Assembly: GCF_009914755.1 (NCBI RefSeq)
Contig: NC_060931.1
Length of the DNA stretch: 64,000 nucleotides
Direction: 5' to 3' (one strand)
DNA from: the human T2T-CHM13v2.0 reference genome, Homo sapiens
The notes under the pieces are model-generated. The model searched no databases. It was not told the DNA's origin and saw only the letters and a list, made by a program, of their open reading frames with translations. Shown here piece by piece: positions 1-14,670 of this stretch. How positions within the stretch are numbered: the stretch's first letter is position 1; every line of letters begins with the position of its first letter. The position numbers and the translations under genes are program-made.

Positions 1-580
1 CCAGCATCAATTCCCTCAGGACACCTTCATCCTCTTAGTCATATCCAATTTCCTTATTTATAGCTATTAATTTGCCTTTACTAAGTGCCTTTGGCCACAC
101 ATGGAGAGTCTCTCAAGTGGCAGCAGCATCAATGTTTTTACCTTCAGTTACTTCTGTAACTCCACTTATGTTTGACTTGAGTTTCACTTCCAGTGTTAAA
201 TTATTTCTCATTTCTTGCCTGCACTTTCATCTTTGTTGTCCAATTTCTTCTTTGGATTACCAATTTTTGAAAAACATCTTGTGAATTTATCATTGTGAGA
301 CAGGGAGGCAACAAAAGTACATGGTTTGTTGCCTGTGCCTAAAGTGAATAACAGATTCACAGTGACCAATTACAGACAGACTATGAAAGAAGGGATGTGA
401 TGGGTCACCAACTAGAAAGCAAATTTGTTATGTATGTCGTGATTTGTAGATTGAGCAGCTAGCAGTGAAATTTGTATTTATGCAGTTTAAGTATTTTATA
501 TACTTTTAGTTAATATATTAATAAATTATGTTGTTGGGGGACTGGTGTGAATTAATTTTACTATGGTAAAGTGAAGACTG
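1..580 (-). mobile_element. MER82-like TcMar-Tigger DNA transposon fragment
   Basis: The reverse complement has the Tigger-derived ...CAACAAAGATGAAAGTGCAG...CTGGAAGTGAAA... segment and a terminus CAGTCTTCACTTTAC ending at 580. Confidence 0.55.
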
Positions 581-852
581 TCAGTAATTTAAAACTTCAT
601 TTGTTTGCCAAACTTTCAAATGATGTCTGAATACCTTAACGTGTGAAAGAAGCTACTTTCAAAACATGGAAAGTTGAGTTTTTACCCTTGGAAGTCACAT
701 ATGAAAAACAAAGAGGGATTTTGCTTTCTTAATGTCATTCCCTGTGAGACAGACAGCAGTAGATATTTAGTCATAGCCATAGCCTAAGTTTAAGAAAACA
801 AAATGTTATAATTGTGTAGTTATATGCTTGAATTTACTAATCAGGATTATCT

Positions 853-995
853 CAATGGTCTCAAACTCGATCATGTATTAGAATCACCATGAGGGCTCAT
901 TAAAGGGCCAGATTGCTGGCCCTACCCTCAGAGTCTGGGGTACTAGCTGAGAATTTGCATGTCTAACGAGTTCTTAGGTGAAGCTGATGCTGCAG
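853..995. mobile_element. MER5A (hAT-Charlie)
   Basis: TCTCAAACT...AGAATCACC...CAGATTGCTGG...GAGAATTTGCATGTCTAAC...GCTGATGCTGC pattern. Confidence 0.7.
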
Positions 996-1099
996 AGCCA
1001 CCAACTTAAACACAATCAGAAGAGTATTCCATGGGGAGAGAGAAGAGAATCCACAGATCGTAATCTAGGAAAATCATAGACACTGAATCAAAGAAATTA

Positions 1100-1220
1100 G
1101 TGGGATCTTAGAGATCTTTTAGTGTAGGTCCCTCGTTTTACAAATGAAGAAATAGAAGCCTGAAAAATTCAGGTGATTTAATACAAAATCAGCCAGTTGT
1201 AGAGGCTGGTCTAGAACATA
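1100..1220. mobile_element. MIR-family SINE fragment
   Basis: Core-like TTTTACAAATGAAGAAATAGAAGCC. Confidence 0.5.
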
Positions 1221-1383
1221 GAATCTATTATATTCCAACAAATTCTAGAAGACTGCTAGTGCCATAGTAGGTCGTATTTTCAATAGATACATGCCAAATA
1301 CATTACACACACACAAAATGGCTCTCAAACTTTAGTGTGTCTGAAAGTAGTTCTGTGGCCTTGCTAAAAATTAACATTCTTAA

Positions 1384-1552
1384 GCTGGGCACTGTGGTGT
1401 ATGCCTATAGTCTCAGCTACTCGGAACGTGGAGAAAGAAGGACCGCCTAAGCCCAGGAGTGAATTCCTGGGCTCAAGCTGTAGTGTGCAATGATTATGCC
1501 TGTGAATAGCAACTGCACTCCAGCCTGGGCAGCACAGCGAGACCCTGTCTCT

Positions 1553-1585
<33 letters not shown>

Positions 1586-1588
1586 TAT
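1384..1588 (+). mobile_element. FAM Alu monomer with A-tail and (TA)n, inserted in a MER5-like fragment
   Basis: FAM-diagnostic GCCTGTGAATAGC(A)ACTGCACTCCAGCC; poly-A followed by (TA)n; degenerate TSD AAATTAAC(A/C)TTC(T/C)TAAG on both sides. Confidence 0.8.
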
Positions 1589-3779
1589 AAATTAACCTTC
1601 CTAAGCCCTCATCTAAAAATTCTGATTCATAGATAAAGTATGGGGCACTTTAAGACCACAGCCCCATGAGATTCTAAAGAACAGGTAAATTGTTCTTTAA
1701 GAGACAATGTTCTACGATTGTGTAAGCTGATGTTTTAAGCCAAATAATCTACACACAGAAAATAACAAAACGCCAACTTTAAAAAAAATTTTTTTGCAAA
1801 ATACTTTCACAGGCTATGATAATTCCCTCCAAAGATCCAGTAAGGTCAGTGAGGCAACTGTCACACTCCCTTTTTGAAGAAATCTTGGAGAAGTCTCCAT
1901 TCTGGGAACCTCCTCCTTCTCATCCATGGAAAGGGTAATAATACTAAAATGGATCTCACAGAATTGTTTAGAGTATAAAATGGGATGAGATATAGGAAGG
2001 CAATTTGTGAATAGTAAAATATTACATGGATGTTAGCTGTTAATGGAAAGCCAAAACAGAGTATGAATTGTTTCAGAGTATGAAACAGAGTATGAAATAT
2101 CAATTGGGTTATCTGCAGATAAAAGAGTTTTAATTGTACTGTAATAGGCTCATCCTGCAGTAGCTTCCTGATTTGTCAAAGGAAACAGATAAGGCAGAGC
2201 TTCAGTGAAATTGCAAGATTTTACCCTCCCAGGCCCCAAATTATCTGGACCAGGAATTGCTGACTAAATCTGAATCTGGAACAACATTAAATATAATATG
2301 CCCTGTGTTAAATGGCTTTCTTAGAAAAGATCTTGTCTGATCTCTGTCCCCAGGACATTTCCTGTCTCTTCTGGCTGATAATTAAATTAATTAAATTGGG
2401 GATTGGAAACCAGACAATATTTACTTCCTGAGCATTCTTTTCTTTTAGCAAAGCTGAAAAAATAATTTTAAAGGAAGAAAACTGAAAATGATCCATTTAC
2501 CACTGATTCTGCCCTCCCTAGGAAGAAGGATGCCTGGAGTGGGATAAAGAAAATATAGAAAAGGAAGGGAGTGTCTTCACATCCCAGCAGGGCACATGGA
2601 GGAGGAGGAGGAGGTGCTGACTATGGACAGCAAGAAGCAACATCACCATCACAAAACACCCACCCAGGGCAGGGGCCCTTTCAACAAGGAGCATAAGAGA
2701 CTGTTTCTGCCTCTGATGGAAGCCCAGCATTTTGTTTTTCTCCACATATTTTAATCAATATTTACCAAGCCATAACAATCTGGCTTTCACTGTCACCCTA
2801 GGGTTGAGTTTCATGAGTAACTACCTTTTCCACTGGCTGCAGAAATAATGACTCCATGTATGATTGGCAGAAGGTCATTCATTTGAGCATAGGAAAACAA
2901 GCAGTTTCAAGAAAAGAGCTGGCATCTCTGCATGAGTGAATCAGTGCACATCTAAAATGCAGTTACTGAAATTATAGACGCCTCTCCTCGGCCAATTGGC
3001 CTCCTTTGGAAGATATGGCCTCACACCATTCCATGTGCATGTGAAATGTCTAGACGTGATTATAGAGTTTTCTTGAGAGCTGATGCATCCAAGGAACATT
3101 TAAAGTAAGAAGCAAAGTAATGAAAAACGTTTCTCAGAAAATAAAAATTGTTAATATGGTCTTACCACATTTTCTAATGAAAGCATGTTGTGAATGCTCA
3201 GGAAGAAGAAGGTACAGTAATGGGACTAGAAATCTGCAGCTTGGATGGGAGCCCAGTCACCAATTACCAAGTGCTACAAGCCTGAGGCTACTTCTCATTG
3301 AAAGGGCCTCCCAGGCATTGAGGGTGTCCACAGTTCAGTGAGACCTCAGAAGCCTGCACGTAGTTCATGCTCAGTTCTTAGGATAATCCTGTCTCTCCAC
3401 AATTCCTTCAGGCTTGCAACACTCTCTTACCCCAAATCAGCTCTTCCCCTACATTTCCCCTTTCTATCAATGGCACTAGAATTCTCCCAAATTGATCAAT
3501 GTCAACATCTCATTGTTTACTCACCCTTCATGTACTCACCTCCCATTATAATGTCTAGATTACAGATAGCCTTTATTTTACCTCACGGCATGTCCATAAA
3601 GAATCTGTCTTAACTACCTACTTACACCAAGGCATCAGCAATTCATTTATTTATTCATTCATCTGTTATTGTATGAAGTATTGGCTAAGAGATCTATAGT
3701 GAAGTGGGGAGAGATAGTCATTTAAAGTAACTGTCATATAAGAATGAGTAAGCATTCACACCGTTGCTTCCACCAGAAC

Positions 3780-4110
3780 TCACACTTTCTTCTTTATATT
3801 TTTCCATCTTTAAACACAAGTTAGGAGACACTACCTCCTGGAAGCCTCCCCTGAATCCACCCTCAGCTGACTAAAATGTCTCTCCAATGGGCTTTTACAA
3901 GTGCATATCTAGTTCATTGCACTGAAATTTCACTGATTAGCTATTCATGTGCCTGCCTGCTCCCCCCAATTAGACTGTCCTATTCAAAAACAGGGACTGT
4001 GTCATATTCATCTCTGTATTCCTGATACTTAACATAGAGCCCAGCTCATTGTGTGCATTGCATATTTTTAAATGAACACATGAATGAATGAATGAATGAA
4101 TGAATGAATG
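3780..4110 (+). mobile_element. L2 3' end with (TGAA)n tail
   Basis: TAGACTGT...CAGGGACTGTGTC...TTCATCTCTGTATTCC...CATAG followed by (TGAA)n at ~4081-4110. Confidence 0.65.
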
Positions 4111-4682
4111 ACTATAAAAGGAAACCATAGAAAGTTGTGAAACAGAGAAAGGGGTAAGTAATCATTTTAACTAGGAGAATAAAGGTAAAATTTTCACGGA
4201 CGTGACGGTATTTAAGCAAACCATTGAAGTATGCACAGGATTTCCAGAATGTAAAAGGATCAAGGGGTAGGGTAAGGGTTGGTACACAAAGCATTACGTT
4301 TTCAAACCTAACTGATTCTCTCCACCTCTGATCTGTTACTTCTTTAAAAATGATATTTTTATGCCTTACTTTTACCAATTCTTTTCTTCTCTGTTGTGGA
4401 GAACCTTCAGTGATTCCTTACAATCTAACTTGATATAATTCAGGCAGCTTAGCTTTCACTTGAAGCGTCTTGCTATCACTCCTAACATTTTTTTTCTAAC
4501 CGTTGCTTCCACTCTTGGCCACTCACTCTCTGCACAAATCAGGCCCCTCTGTTTTCTGTCTCTGAGGTCTTGCCTGGGATCATCTCTTTGGCTTTCCTCT
4601 TTCTTCATGTGTTACCTGGGATGCTTTCCCCATATCTTTCTGCCATACACAATGCCACCCTGCCTTTGAAAATCCTACCCTT

Positions 4683-4786
4683 TCCCAGAACTTTGGGATG
4701 TGACGGGAGGAGGATCACTTGAAGCCAGGAGTTCAAGACCCGCCTGGGCAATATAGCAAGACCCCATCTCTAAAAGAAAAAGAAAA
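4683..4786 (+). mobile_element. 5'-truncated Alu left monomer (FLAM-like)
   Basis: GGATCACTTGAAGCCAGGAGTTCAAGACC...GACCCCATCTCT and an A-rich tail; TSD GAAAATCCTA(C/T)CCT at 4668-4681 and 4787-4800. Confidence 0.8.
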
Positions 4787-6139
4787 GAAAATCCTATCCT
4801 TTACATGCAGCCACCCTTTTCCACTCCAGACCAGAATGTCTTCCTTCTCTGAAAAAAAACCACTAAACCACTCTTTTATCATTTCATTTTACATTTGATT
4901 TTCCAGCTCTAAGTCTGCTTTGTCCCCTTTTATGAGGATGAAACTAAGATGCCTACAGGCCAGGATCATGGACAGTGTCTTGTTGGAACATGCCCAGTGT
5001 CTCAGATATTCTATTGATTAAAAATCCTTGACAACTGAAGCAGCCCTCTAAGGATATATGAGAGGTTCTTGACTTCAGGCGGACACCTTGTTATTCAGCT
5101 ACTGGATGATGGGTGTGGGTACTTGCAGTAGATTTAATATTTAATTCAGTGAGAAGAAATAAAAATTATATTATCAGTTTGGTAAGGAAATCACTAACTA
5201 TATTATAAAATAAAAATGTCTTACTTCCCTGTTTCAGCTGTAGAATTACAGTTACAGTTATTTTAACTTCTTCCATGCTGCCAGATTAAAGACCCTTTTA
5301 AAAATTTTTACTGTGTGACTAGCCCTTTAAGATAGATCACTGCTTTTACCCTAGCTCTTGTAATCCTGGGGTTCCTTCATGCTTTGCAGCTTTCTAGGTT
5401 TTGCCTCTTGTCAAACTACATCAATACCAGTCTCAAACCTGAATCATAAAAGACATTTTAGAGAAATAGAGGCTCAAGGCTCATGTAAAGGAATGACCTA
5501 TCACTCACAACAGGCTGCAGGGCATGGAGAATCCATCACCTAACCTTTCCCAGCCTCTGTTCATCTGTGTCCCACTGTTGGATGTCCAAGCTTGACAGTG
5601 AATGCTTTCCAATGGGAAACTGTAGCAGGATTTTTTTCCCATCCTTTGGTCCCTATTGTATGTTCAGCTGCACTGGAGCTAGCTGCTAATCAAAGCCAGA
5701 GACTCTCAACACAAACAAACCCGGCACTGTGGCCTCCCCAAGGGATAGAACACAGCAATCCAACAAACAATTTAGTCAGGTGATGGCAGGCTGGAGAAAC
5801 AGATTGAGCAGCTCCTAGACACCCTCCTGCTTGTACTCCCAGCGGTCCCTTTCCTCAGCACAGGCATGTTGAAACACCATGCCAGGCCAACTGGTGTTTG
5901 AGAAAACAATGGGAATTAAACAATGGGCAATCATATGCAATCAAGGAGGGTAATCTAACAGCAACATTCCTTATCCAAGACACGGTAATCTCTTGATCAT
6001 AAGGAGGTAGAAATAAGTGACATAATATGAAGAAATATTCCTGGATACTGGCTAGAGGGAAGAAAGGAATCATGAACCAGAATATCTTCAAATACTCACT
6101 GGACCCTTGACATTGAATAGGGGAATGGAGGTAGAAGAG

Positions 6140-6390
6140 TATGACGTTTAAGAATTTTGTGGTTAGAAATATTTGGACTACACCCTCAGTTCTATTTTTT
6201 ACTAGCTTTTGATCTTGGACAAGTTACTTCTGAGATACATTTCCCTCATTTAGGAAGAAAAATAGTCTTTACCCCATAGGGCTGTTGGGAGCATTTAACC
6301 CAGCACTGAATGTAAAGTTCTAGTATTGAACTGTCCACTGTATAGAAAGCACTCAATAAGTATCAGCTATTATGACAGTATTATTAATGC
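6140..6390 (+). mobile_element. MIR
   Basis: TTACTAGCT..TGATCTTGGACAAGTTACTT...TTTCCCTCAT...GCACTCAATAAGTATCAGCTATTAT. Confidence 0.65.
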
Positions 6391-7145
6391 TGGTGAATTG
6401 TGCTCAGAAATTTTAAATGATGAGAAATAATAAGAACAGAAAGCAAGGCCTTCAGCTTCTAGAACTAGTTGGTGATAAGGGAGCAAGTCTCCTTGCTCTT
6501 GGTAGTTCCTAGGAGCAACGTTTTAGAGGTGCTGGCAGGTCTTGATTTTGACTTATTGCCATGGGTCCTCAAAACACAGCAAGGGAAGTTAGGGACGCCA
6601 CTGTCCAGGGTGAAGGTAGAGGACAAGGTATGGCTTCAGACAACAGCAGGAGCTTGGCTCCAGGTACCTGAGCACTGATGAGGGAACCATCATCTAAGTA
6701 CAAAGGACAGAGCAGAAGAAAAAAGCAGGAGATGCCAAAGAAAATGATTACTCATGTCACAATTTTGCACTAGGGCAGCCAGTTAATATTAATTCTTGCC
6801 AGAGTTTCTGAAGGTCCAGACATGGGACAAGAGAGGAATAGAAAGTAGTAAAATGTTACTCCAATTCTATGCAACAATAAGCATGGATTGAGTACTATCT
6901 GCAACTGGCATATAGTGGGTACTCCATCATTTTCAGGAATATCCATACTCAATGCATATTCAGGAAGTGGTAAAGTGAAAGACCTAGACACAATCGTAGG
7001 AACAATGAGGTTCAGCAACAAGAAACATAGCCAGTGAAACTCAAAATTAATATAGTGACTTCCTTTAAGTATAAAAGACAGTAATGCAAGATTAGCAATT
7101 CAAGTAGCTTCTTATGGAAACCTCCACATGAAAATAATGCCAGTT

Positions 7146-7434
7146 GGTCGGGTGCAGTGGCTCACACCTGTAATCCCAGCACTTTGGGAGGCTGAGGTGG
7201 GTGGATCACCTGAGGTCAGGAGTTCAAGATCAGCCTGGCCAACATGGTGAAACCCCGTCTTTACTAAAAATACAAAAATTAGCTAGGTGTGGTAACATGG
7301 GCCTGTAATCCCAGCTGCTTGGGAGACTGAGGCAAGAGAAATGTTGAACTCAGGAGGTGGAGGTTGCAGTGAGCTGAAATCGTGCCACTGCACTCCAGCC
7401 TGGGCAACACAGCAAGACCCTGTCTCAAAAAAAA
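7146..7434 (+). mobile_element. AluS (Sx/Sz-like), full length
   Basis: Dimeric Alu with GGATCACCTGAGGTCAGGAGTTC, the central A-rich linker and a short A tail. Confidence 0.95.
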
Positions 7435-7510
7435 TGAAGAAGATGGAGAAGGAGAAAGAGAAGGAGGAAGAGGAGGAGGAGGAGAAGGAGAAGGAGAAGA
7501 AGAAGAAGAG
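7435..7510 (+). repeat. GA-rich simple repeat (GAG/AAG) grown from the Alu tail
   Basis: GAGAAGGAGAAAGAGAAGGAGGAAGAGGAGGAGGAGGAGAAG... Confidence 0.9.
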
Positions 7511-10101
7511 ACATACCCAACCTAAACTTTTTTCTGAACTGAAACAGAATGTTGAACATCACACATTACAGCAAATAGCAATCAAGGCAGAAAGCCAGCC
7601 CCCAAATCTAGAAGGCACATGTGCAGCAAAGCCCTGGCTGAAGGAACCCTGGTGTGCTCCAGCCCACAAAAAGCACACTTTAGTCTCCTGCTTTTATGAT
7701 CCACCACTAAAGGTGGGGAGGACATGAATGAAAACAATGCGTTAGACGGTAGAAAGGTTTATGGAAGAGTTGGCTTCAGGGACCAGATTGTCCAACTCCA
7801 GGTTCTGCACCCAAGATTCCTCAGGCCCTGTTTTGGGAAGGAACTCTTCACTAGAACAGCAGATATTGCTTTGTCTTGAAACACTCCCTCTGAGAAAAAC
7901 AAGAAGAGGACCAGGTTTGCTCCACAGAGCTGGAGTGATTTCATGGGACTTTTATGGCAAGAGGCACCTGGAGCCGAGGAGATGTGGAAAACAAAGTAGG
8001 CAAATCCACCCTAGAGGAATCTCCTTAGGATACACCATGACAGCCAGATGGGCCATAAGGACCCTATGGCATGCTCAATACTTCCTTTTTAGTGGCAGAA
8101 GCCTCAATGCTATCTAATAGAATTTTATGTGAGGTCTGAAGTTCCTCTGTCCAGGAATGGGGCTTCTATCTATGGGATTCTTGGATGTTTTCTCTAAAGC
8201 CTCAGTTCAAGTCCAATGCTGTTTCTTTTGTCGTATTGGTCTTGCTGCCTTTGACATAAAGGGCTTCCATTTAACATCTTGTGAAAGAATGTCACTGGAT
8301 GAGACATTAGAAACCCACAGAGTCAGCCTGCTTTTAGGAAATGTGGATCTGTCTGTTTAGAGAGAAATTGGTAGAAATCCACATCTACCCCCTTATTCCT
8401 GCTGAACTGCTTCTAATCTGCTTCTCCAAATCAAATTCATTTATTACAGCCTTGAAGTACATCTTCAAATCCCCAGATATCACGTATCAGAAGGCAAACT
8501 GTAATTCCCTAACCATCAGACTAAAGCCGCAATTTAAAAAGGCTAAAAATCACTTCAGGCCAAAGTTGGTGGGAATCCCAATACTGGCACAGATACTAAA
8601 CGCATTTGACTTTCACTCCTCCTCTGCGATCGGGAATGTGGTGGTCAAACCCAAATTTGATCTGACTCACTTTAAACTCGAGCCAGTTGTTCACTAGTCA
8701 TTCCAAAAACTAACAGAGCAAATAACTCCCTGAAGGATGCCAAGCCCTGGAGCGACACGCATCAAAGAGGTTTGCTGATCTTGCAGTTTACCCACCTGCA
8801 GTGCATCAGGCCCACTCCCTTGGGCCTCACAGCAACTCCAAAGCTTCTCAGGCTCTTGAGAGGAGCTAAGGGGTTAGATCCAACCTGGGTGGGACCAGGC
8901 AGCTGTGTCTTCCCTGGGGAGACTTTTACCCTTAGATATATGGAAGGGTCCTTTAGGGCAAGAAAGAAAGACCTTGTGTACTCAGCTTGACCTTTAACTG
9001 GCACACACTGAGTTCTCCAGGATTATTTGTTCCCATCTAAACAGCACATCTGCAAGGACAAAGACTTTTATTTGTTTGTTTGCTTTATGAGATGTTTGTT
9101 TGCTTGCATTTTCCCAGTGCTGGCTCTTTTATGAGCATTCATAACATTAATTTACTTAGCATTTTTTATGATTCTAATTTACCCATACCAAGCTAAATAA
9201 ATTGAATTTCCATCTTAATTGGCTCATTTGGTAGAATCAAGTGCATATGTTAATATGTGCATAGCTGTTAAAACATATTGCATGCATCAGTAACACTGTT
9301 AAAAAGCAGGACACCCAATTACGCATCTACCTATTTTTAAAAGTTACATCAGAAAAACCGTAAAGGTATATCAGGGTGCTAACAGTGGTGCCTATTTCAA
9401 GAATTGTAAGTAAGTTTTCTTTTCTATAAAATTTGAATATCTTGTACCACGAACATGTATTTTTCTAGAATGGGAAAAATAATGTGTTTCTTCAGGTACA
9501 TTTGTGTTTTCCTAATAAGAAACATCATAATGGAAAAAAAAACAATATTTCATTATTTTTCACATGGTTAAAATTAATCAAACTTTTCACACATTTGACC
9601 TGCATTGAGCTATATTTGAGATTCTGCATATTCCCAGAAACATTATTCAATAATGAAATGTATATTGTAAATAAGAAAAAATAATGGGAAGAAAGGCTTT
9701 ATTTTATTGTTTCAAGATTTAAGCATAGACACCGGTTAAAAATAATCTAATAACCTACCTGTTTTCTCTCCTCTAGCAGCTTCTGGCTGGCTCATTTGAA
9801 TTCCCTGGAACATATCTAAAGAAATACATTGCACAGAGAGGGCAATTTTTTTTGTAATAAATATTTTTTGAGGAGCTGACTTGACCCTTGAAATCCAGTT
9901 CTTTCAAGACCAAAGTATGTTTTTTAAGCCAACAATCTGATGTTCATAAGCTCACAAATTAAGGCCACCATATGTTAAAACCTCAGAGATAATTCTGCTA
10001 CTGGGCACAATGACCCCACGGCTAGGTCTTGAAAAAAGCCATATTCACATCAAATAAGAAAGCCATTATGAAAACACTGTTCTAAAGTTTTACATGGTTT
10101 C

Positions 10102-10520
10102 TGCTATAGTTTGGATGTTTGTCCCCACCAAACCTTATGTTGAAATTTGATTTCCCAGTGTTGGAGGTGGTGCCAGATGGGAAGAGTTTGGGTCATGGGA
10201 GTAGATTCCCTCATGAGTAGATTAATGCCCTCCCTGGTGGGTTTTGGGAGGGTGGGTAAGTGAGTTCCCACTCTTAGCTCCCCCAGGAGCTGATTGTTAA
10301 AAAGAGTCTGGTACCTTCCTGTCTTTCTTGCTTCCTCTCTTTCTGTGTGATGCCTGCTCCCTTTCACCTTCCACCATGAGTGGATGCCATCTGAGGCCTT
10401 CACTAGATGCCCAATCTGGAAACTTTCAGCCAGCAGAATCATGAGCCAAATAAACTTTTTTCTTTACACAGAACCCAGCCTCAGGTATTCCTTTATAGCA
10501 ACACAAAACAGACTAAGATA
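10102..10520 (+). mobile_element. MST-family (MSTB-like) MaLR solo LTR
   Basis: Starts TGCTATAGTTTGGATGTTTGTCCCC, ends ATAGCAACACAAAACAGACTAAGATA, internal AATAAA; 5-bp TSD GTTTC/GCTTC. Confidence 0.85.
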
Positions 10521-10747
10521 GCTTCTATTTGTTCTAGCCTGAGTGAAGATTTTCTGTGTTACCTAAGACTGTTACCACAATATGTTCCTTATTAATTAAA
10601 TCTGGACTCTGAAGCAAAAAGCCCTGGCTGTTTCTCTGGGCAGCCCCACCGTCTTCAAGGAAGTCACAAAGATGGATGATTCCTGGTCTAGTTCCATTAT
10701 GGTATGGAAGGAAAGAGTCTAATGCAGTTATAGACGTTAAAATGTGA

Positions 10748-12354
<1,607 letters not shown>

Positions 12355-12740
12355 GAATGAAGTTTTCTAAACACTTTTCATTAGCTTTTAAAGCAAATGA
12401 AGAAGGCAACATTTGGATCACTTACACCCTCTCCGAGAAAGACCCCAGCAGAAGCACTGGTAAGGAGGCCCAAGTGCAACATCTGGCCAGGGGCTTTTTA
12501 CACTTAAGGGAACTTCAGTGAAGTCAATAGCAAATCAGGTGGTGTCTGCAATTTTCTTTCATAAATAATCATACATTGTAAATATTATTTGGTCACAAAG
12601 ATGTAAGTTTTAGAAGCTTTTGCATATAACATATTGACAATGATCCTCATCATTTTTATTAAGCTATGGACATCATGACTGGAGCATTCTGATTTGTCTC
12701 CTGTTCCCTCAAGTTTGTTGAATTAAACTGTTGTGGCTTG

Positions 12741-12888
12741 CTACTCAAAGAGAGGTCGCCAAGCTAGCAGTACTGCAGTCACCTGGGAGCTTGGCAGAAA
12801 AGCAGACTCTGAGATTTCATTGGAGACCTACTGAATTTTGGCAAAGACCCTGGGTGACTGGTATGAACATGAAAGTTTGAGAAGCACA
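12741..12888. mobile_element. MER5A-like fragment
   Basis: CTACTCAAAG...TCACCTGGGAGCTTG.CAGAAA.GCAGA...AAAGTTTGAGAAGCAC. Confidence 0.6.
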
Positions 12889-13279
12889 GTTATCCAGCTA
12901 TCATGTAAATGAACTGCTGTTAGCCAATTACTAAGGCTTATATTTAGTGAGAATAACCAATTAAAAAATGTGACATGTAGCTTTTAAGACACTTCAGAAG
13001 GAAATATAACATAATCTGAGGTAAAAGAAAGCATGCCTGTTTCAGTTCAGCCTCATTTAAGATGTCTTCTCGCTTTTTTTTTTTTTTAGTATGACTCATT
13101 TCTTTTTCTTCATTCCTGTCGCACATCTTACCTCCTCCTCACTTTGTGAGTCAAACTTACCTTCAAGCAACTTAGGCAATCTCTGTGTGTCCTGAGAAAA
13201 TGACAATGACAATAGCAGGATTGGGAAACCAGAAAGGCAGAACTTGCCCCACTGACTTTATTAAGTTCAGTTCATGTTC

Positions 13280-13500
13280 AGTATAACAGTTTAGAGCTTA
13301 CAGATGTTGCGTCGTGACCATTGACATTTACCACCAACCTATGAGGTTGGCAAAACAAGTAACATCATCATCATTTCCCACTTAGAGCTAAAAAACCTAA
13401 GATTTCAGAAGATTCAGTGGCACATCCAGCAGCCCATACCAAACAACAGGCGGACTGTGGTGAGATGCTGGTTCCTGACTCCAAACCTTAACTCCTTCCC
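13280..13500 (-). mobile_element. MIR fragment
   Basis: CAACCTATGAGGTTGG...CATTTCCCA...CTAAGATTTCAGAAGATT; degenerate. Confidence 0.45.
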
Positions 13501-13939
13501 TGGACTGAAGCCTCTATCAGCAGGGGTCAGAGAGAATGTGGTTATGAGCATCACTAAGGTCAGCAATAAAGTGCCTGTCTCTTGGATTGGGAGTCTTCTG
13601 TATGCAAAATGCTCTCCTATACCTTATGGGAAGGGATAAGGTCAAAGAGTCTGCATCGGAGACTTTGCCTGCCCAACCCCCAGGCCTTGAGCATGATCAC
13701 ATGCTCCGTATGTTTTCTTCCAGAAGAAAGGATTTTCAATCTGCATTTAGAGAGAAGGAAGAAAATGGTATGAGCATGTGGAGGGGCGAGGCCTTTCAAG
13801 AAGCATGGAATTCCACCTAGGATTTTGCTTGTATGTTTGTTGCAGATGCCAAGTGGGCATGAGAAAGAAAAGCAATTCAGAAGGGGGAAGAAGTGAGGAC
13901 TTGCATCTGGTGCTGCTTCACCATGATCATCATTTTCAC

Positions 13940-14150
13940 CATCCTGCTCAAACACTCCCAGCAATCAGACTCTATGTTCAGTACTTCACATTGATTTTCT
14001 CAATTACTACTCAGACGTCAATCCTGGAAGGTAGGTATGTGCTCCCATGTTAGAGAAGAAAACACTGAAGTAAGAAAGACCACAATATTTGCTCACGGTC
14101 ACAGAGCTACTAAGAAGTGCAGTGGTTTATACCTCTGTATTTTGGACCTT
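13940..14150 (-). mobile_element. MIR fragment
   Basis: ATCCTGGAAGGTAGGTA...CCCATGTTAGAGAAGAAAACACTGAAG...TTGCTCACGGTCACAGAGCTA. Confidence 0.6.
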
Positions 14151-14439
14151 GGAGCTCAAATATTGAGCGATTAAGGCTACTGTTTCTAATGTTTCATCCG
14201 TATCCACATGCCCTGTCGTATGTCCAGGGTCCTTGATTCCACCTCTTAAATCAGAACTGCTGAAGATGGGCTCCAGGCAGCTGGAACCTACACATGACGC
14301 TAGTTAATCTGATAAACATTGAAGACAGGGAACTGCTGCTGTAGGTTATTTGACCTCTAACTGTACATACATTGGATTTGGGGTTTGACATGAGAGACAA
14401 ATGGGAGATAAAATCTATTTATTAGCCTAAGAAAGAGAT

Positions 14440-14670
14440 GGCATTATATTACAGAGGAATAAACTCAAACTAGGAATTTTAAGACTTTTGTTTTCATATC
14501 TGTATGTCATTGAATATGGCCCCCTTAACTTCTCTAAGCCTGCATTTCTGTATCAATTTTTTAAAAATCCCACTCAATCTACCTGAGTAGAGTTACAAAA
14601 ATATGATGAAAAAATAAATGTGAAACATTTTTAAAAAAAGGCCTTATAGCTACATAGAAGTTATAATGAA
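14440..14670 (+). mobile_element. MIR fragment
   Basis: CTTAACTTCTCTAAGCCTGCATTTC...TCTACCT...AGAGTT...AAATGTGAAA. Confidence 0.5.

Noticed and set aside
2057-2096. CAGAGTATGAA three times
   Set aside because: Short slippage duplication with no supporting context.
7341-7727. 128-aa ORF with an E/K-rich acidic-basic stretch
   Set aside because: It reads through an Alu right arm and its GA-rich tail; a low-complexity artefact.
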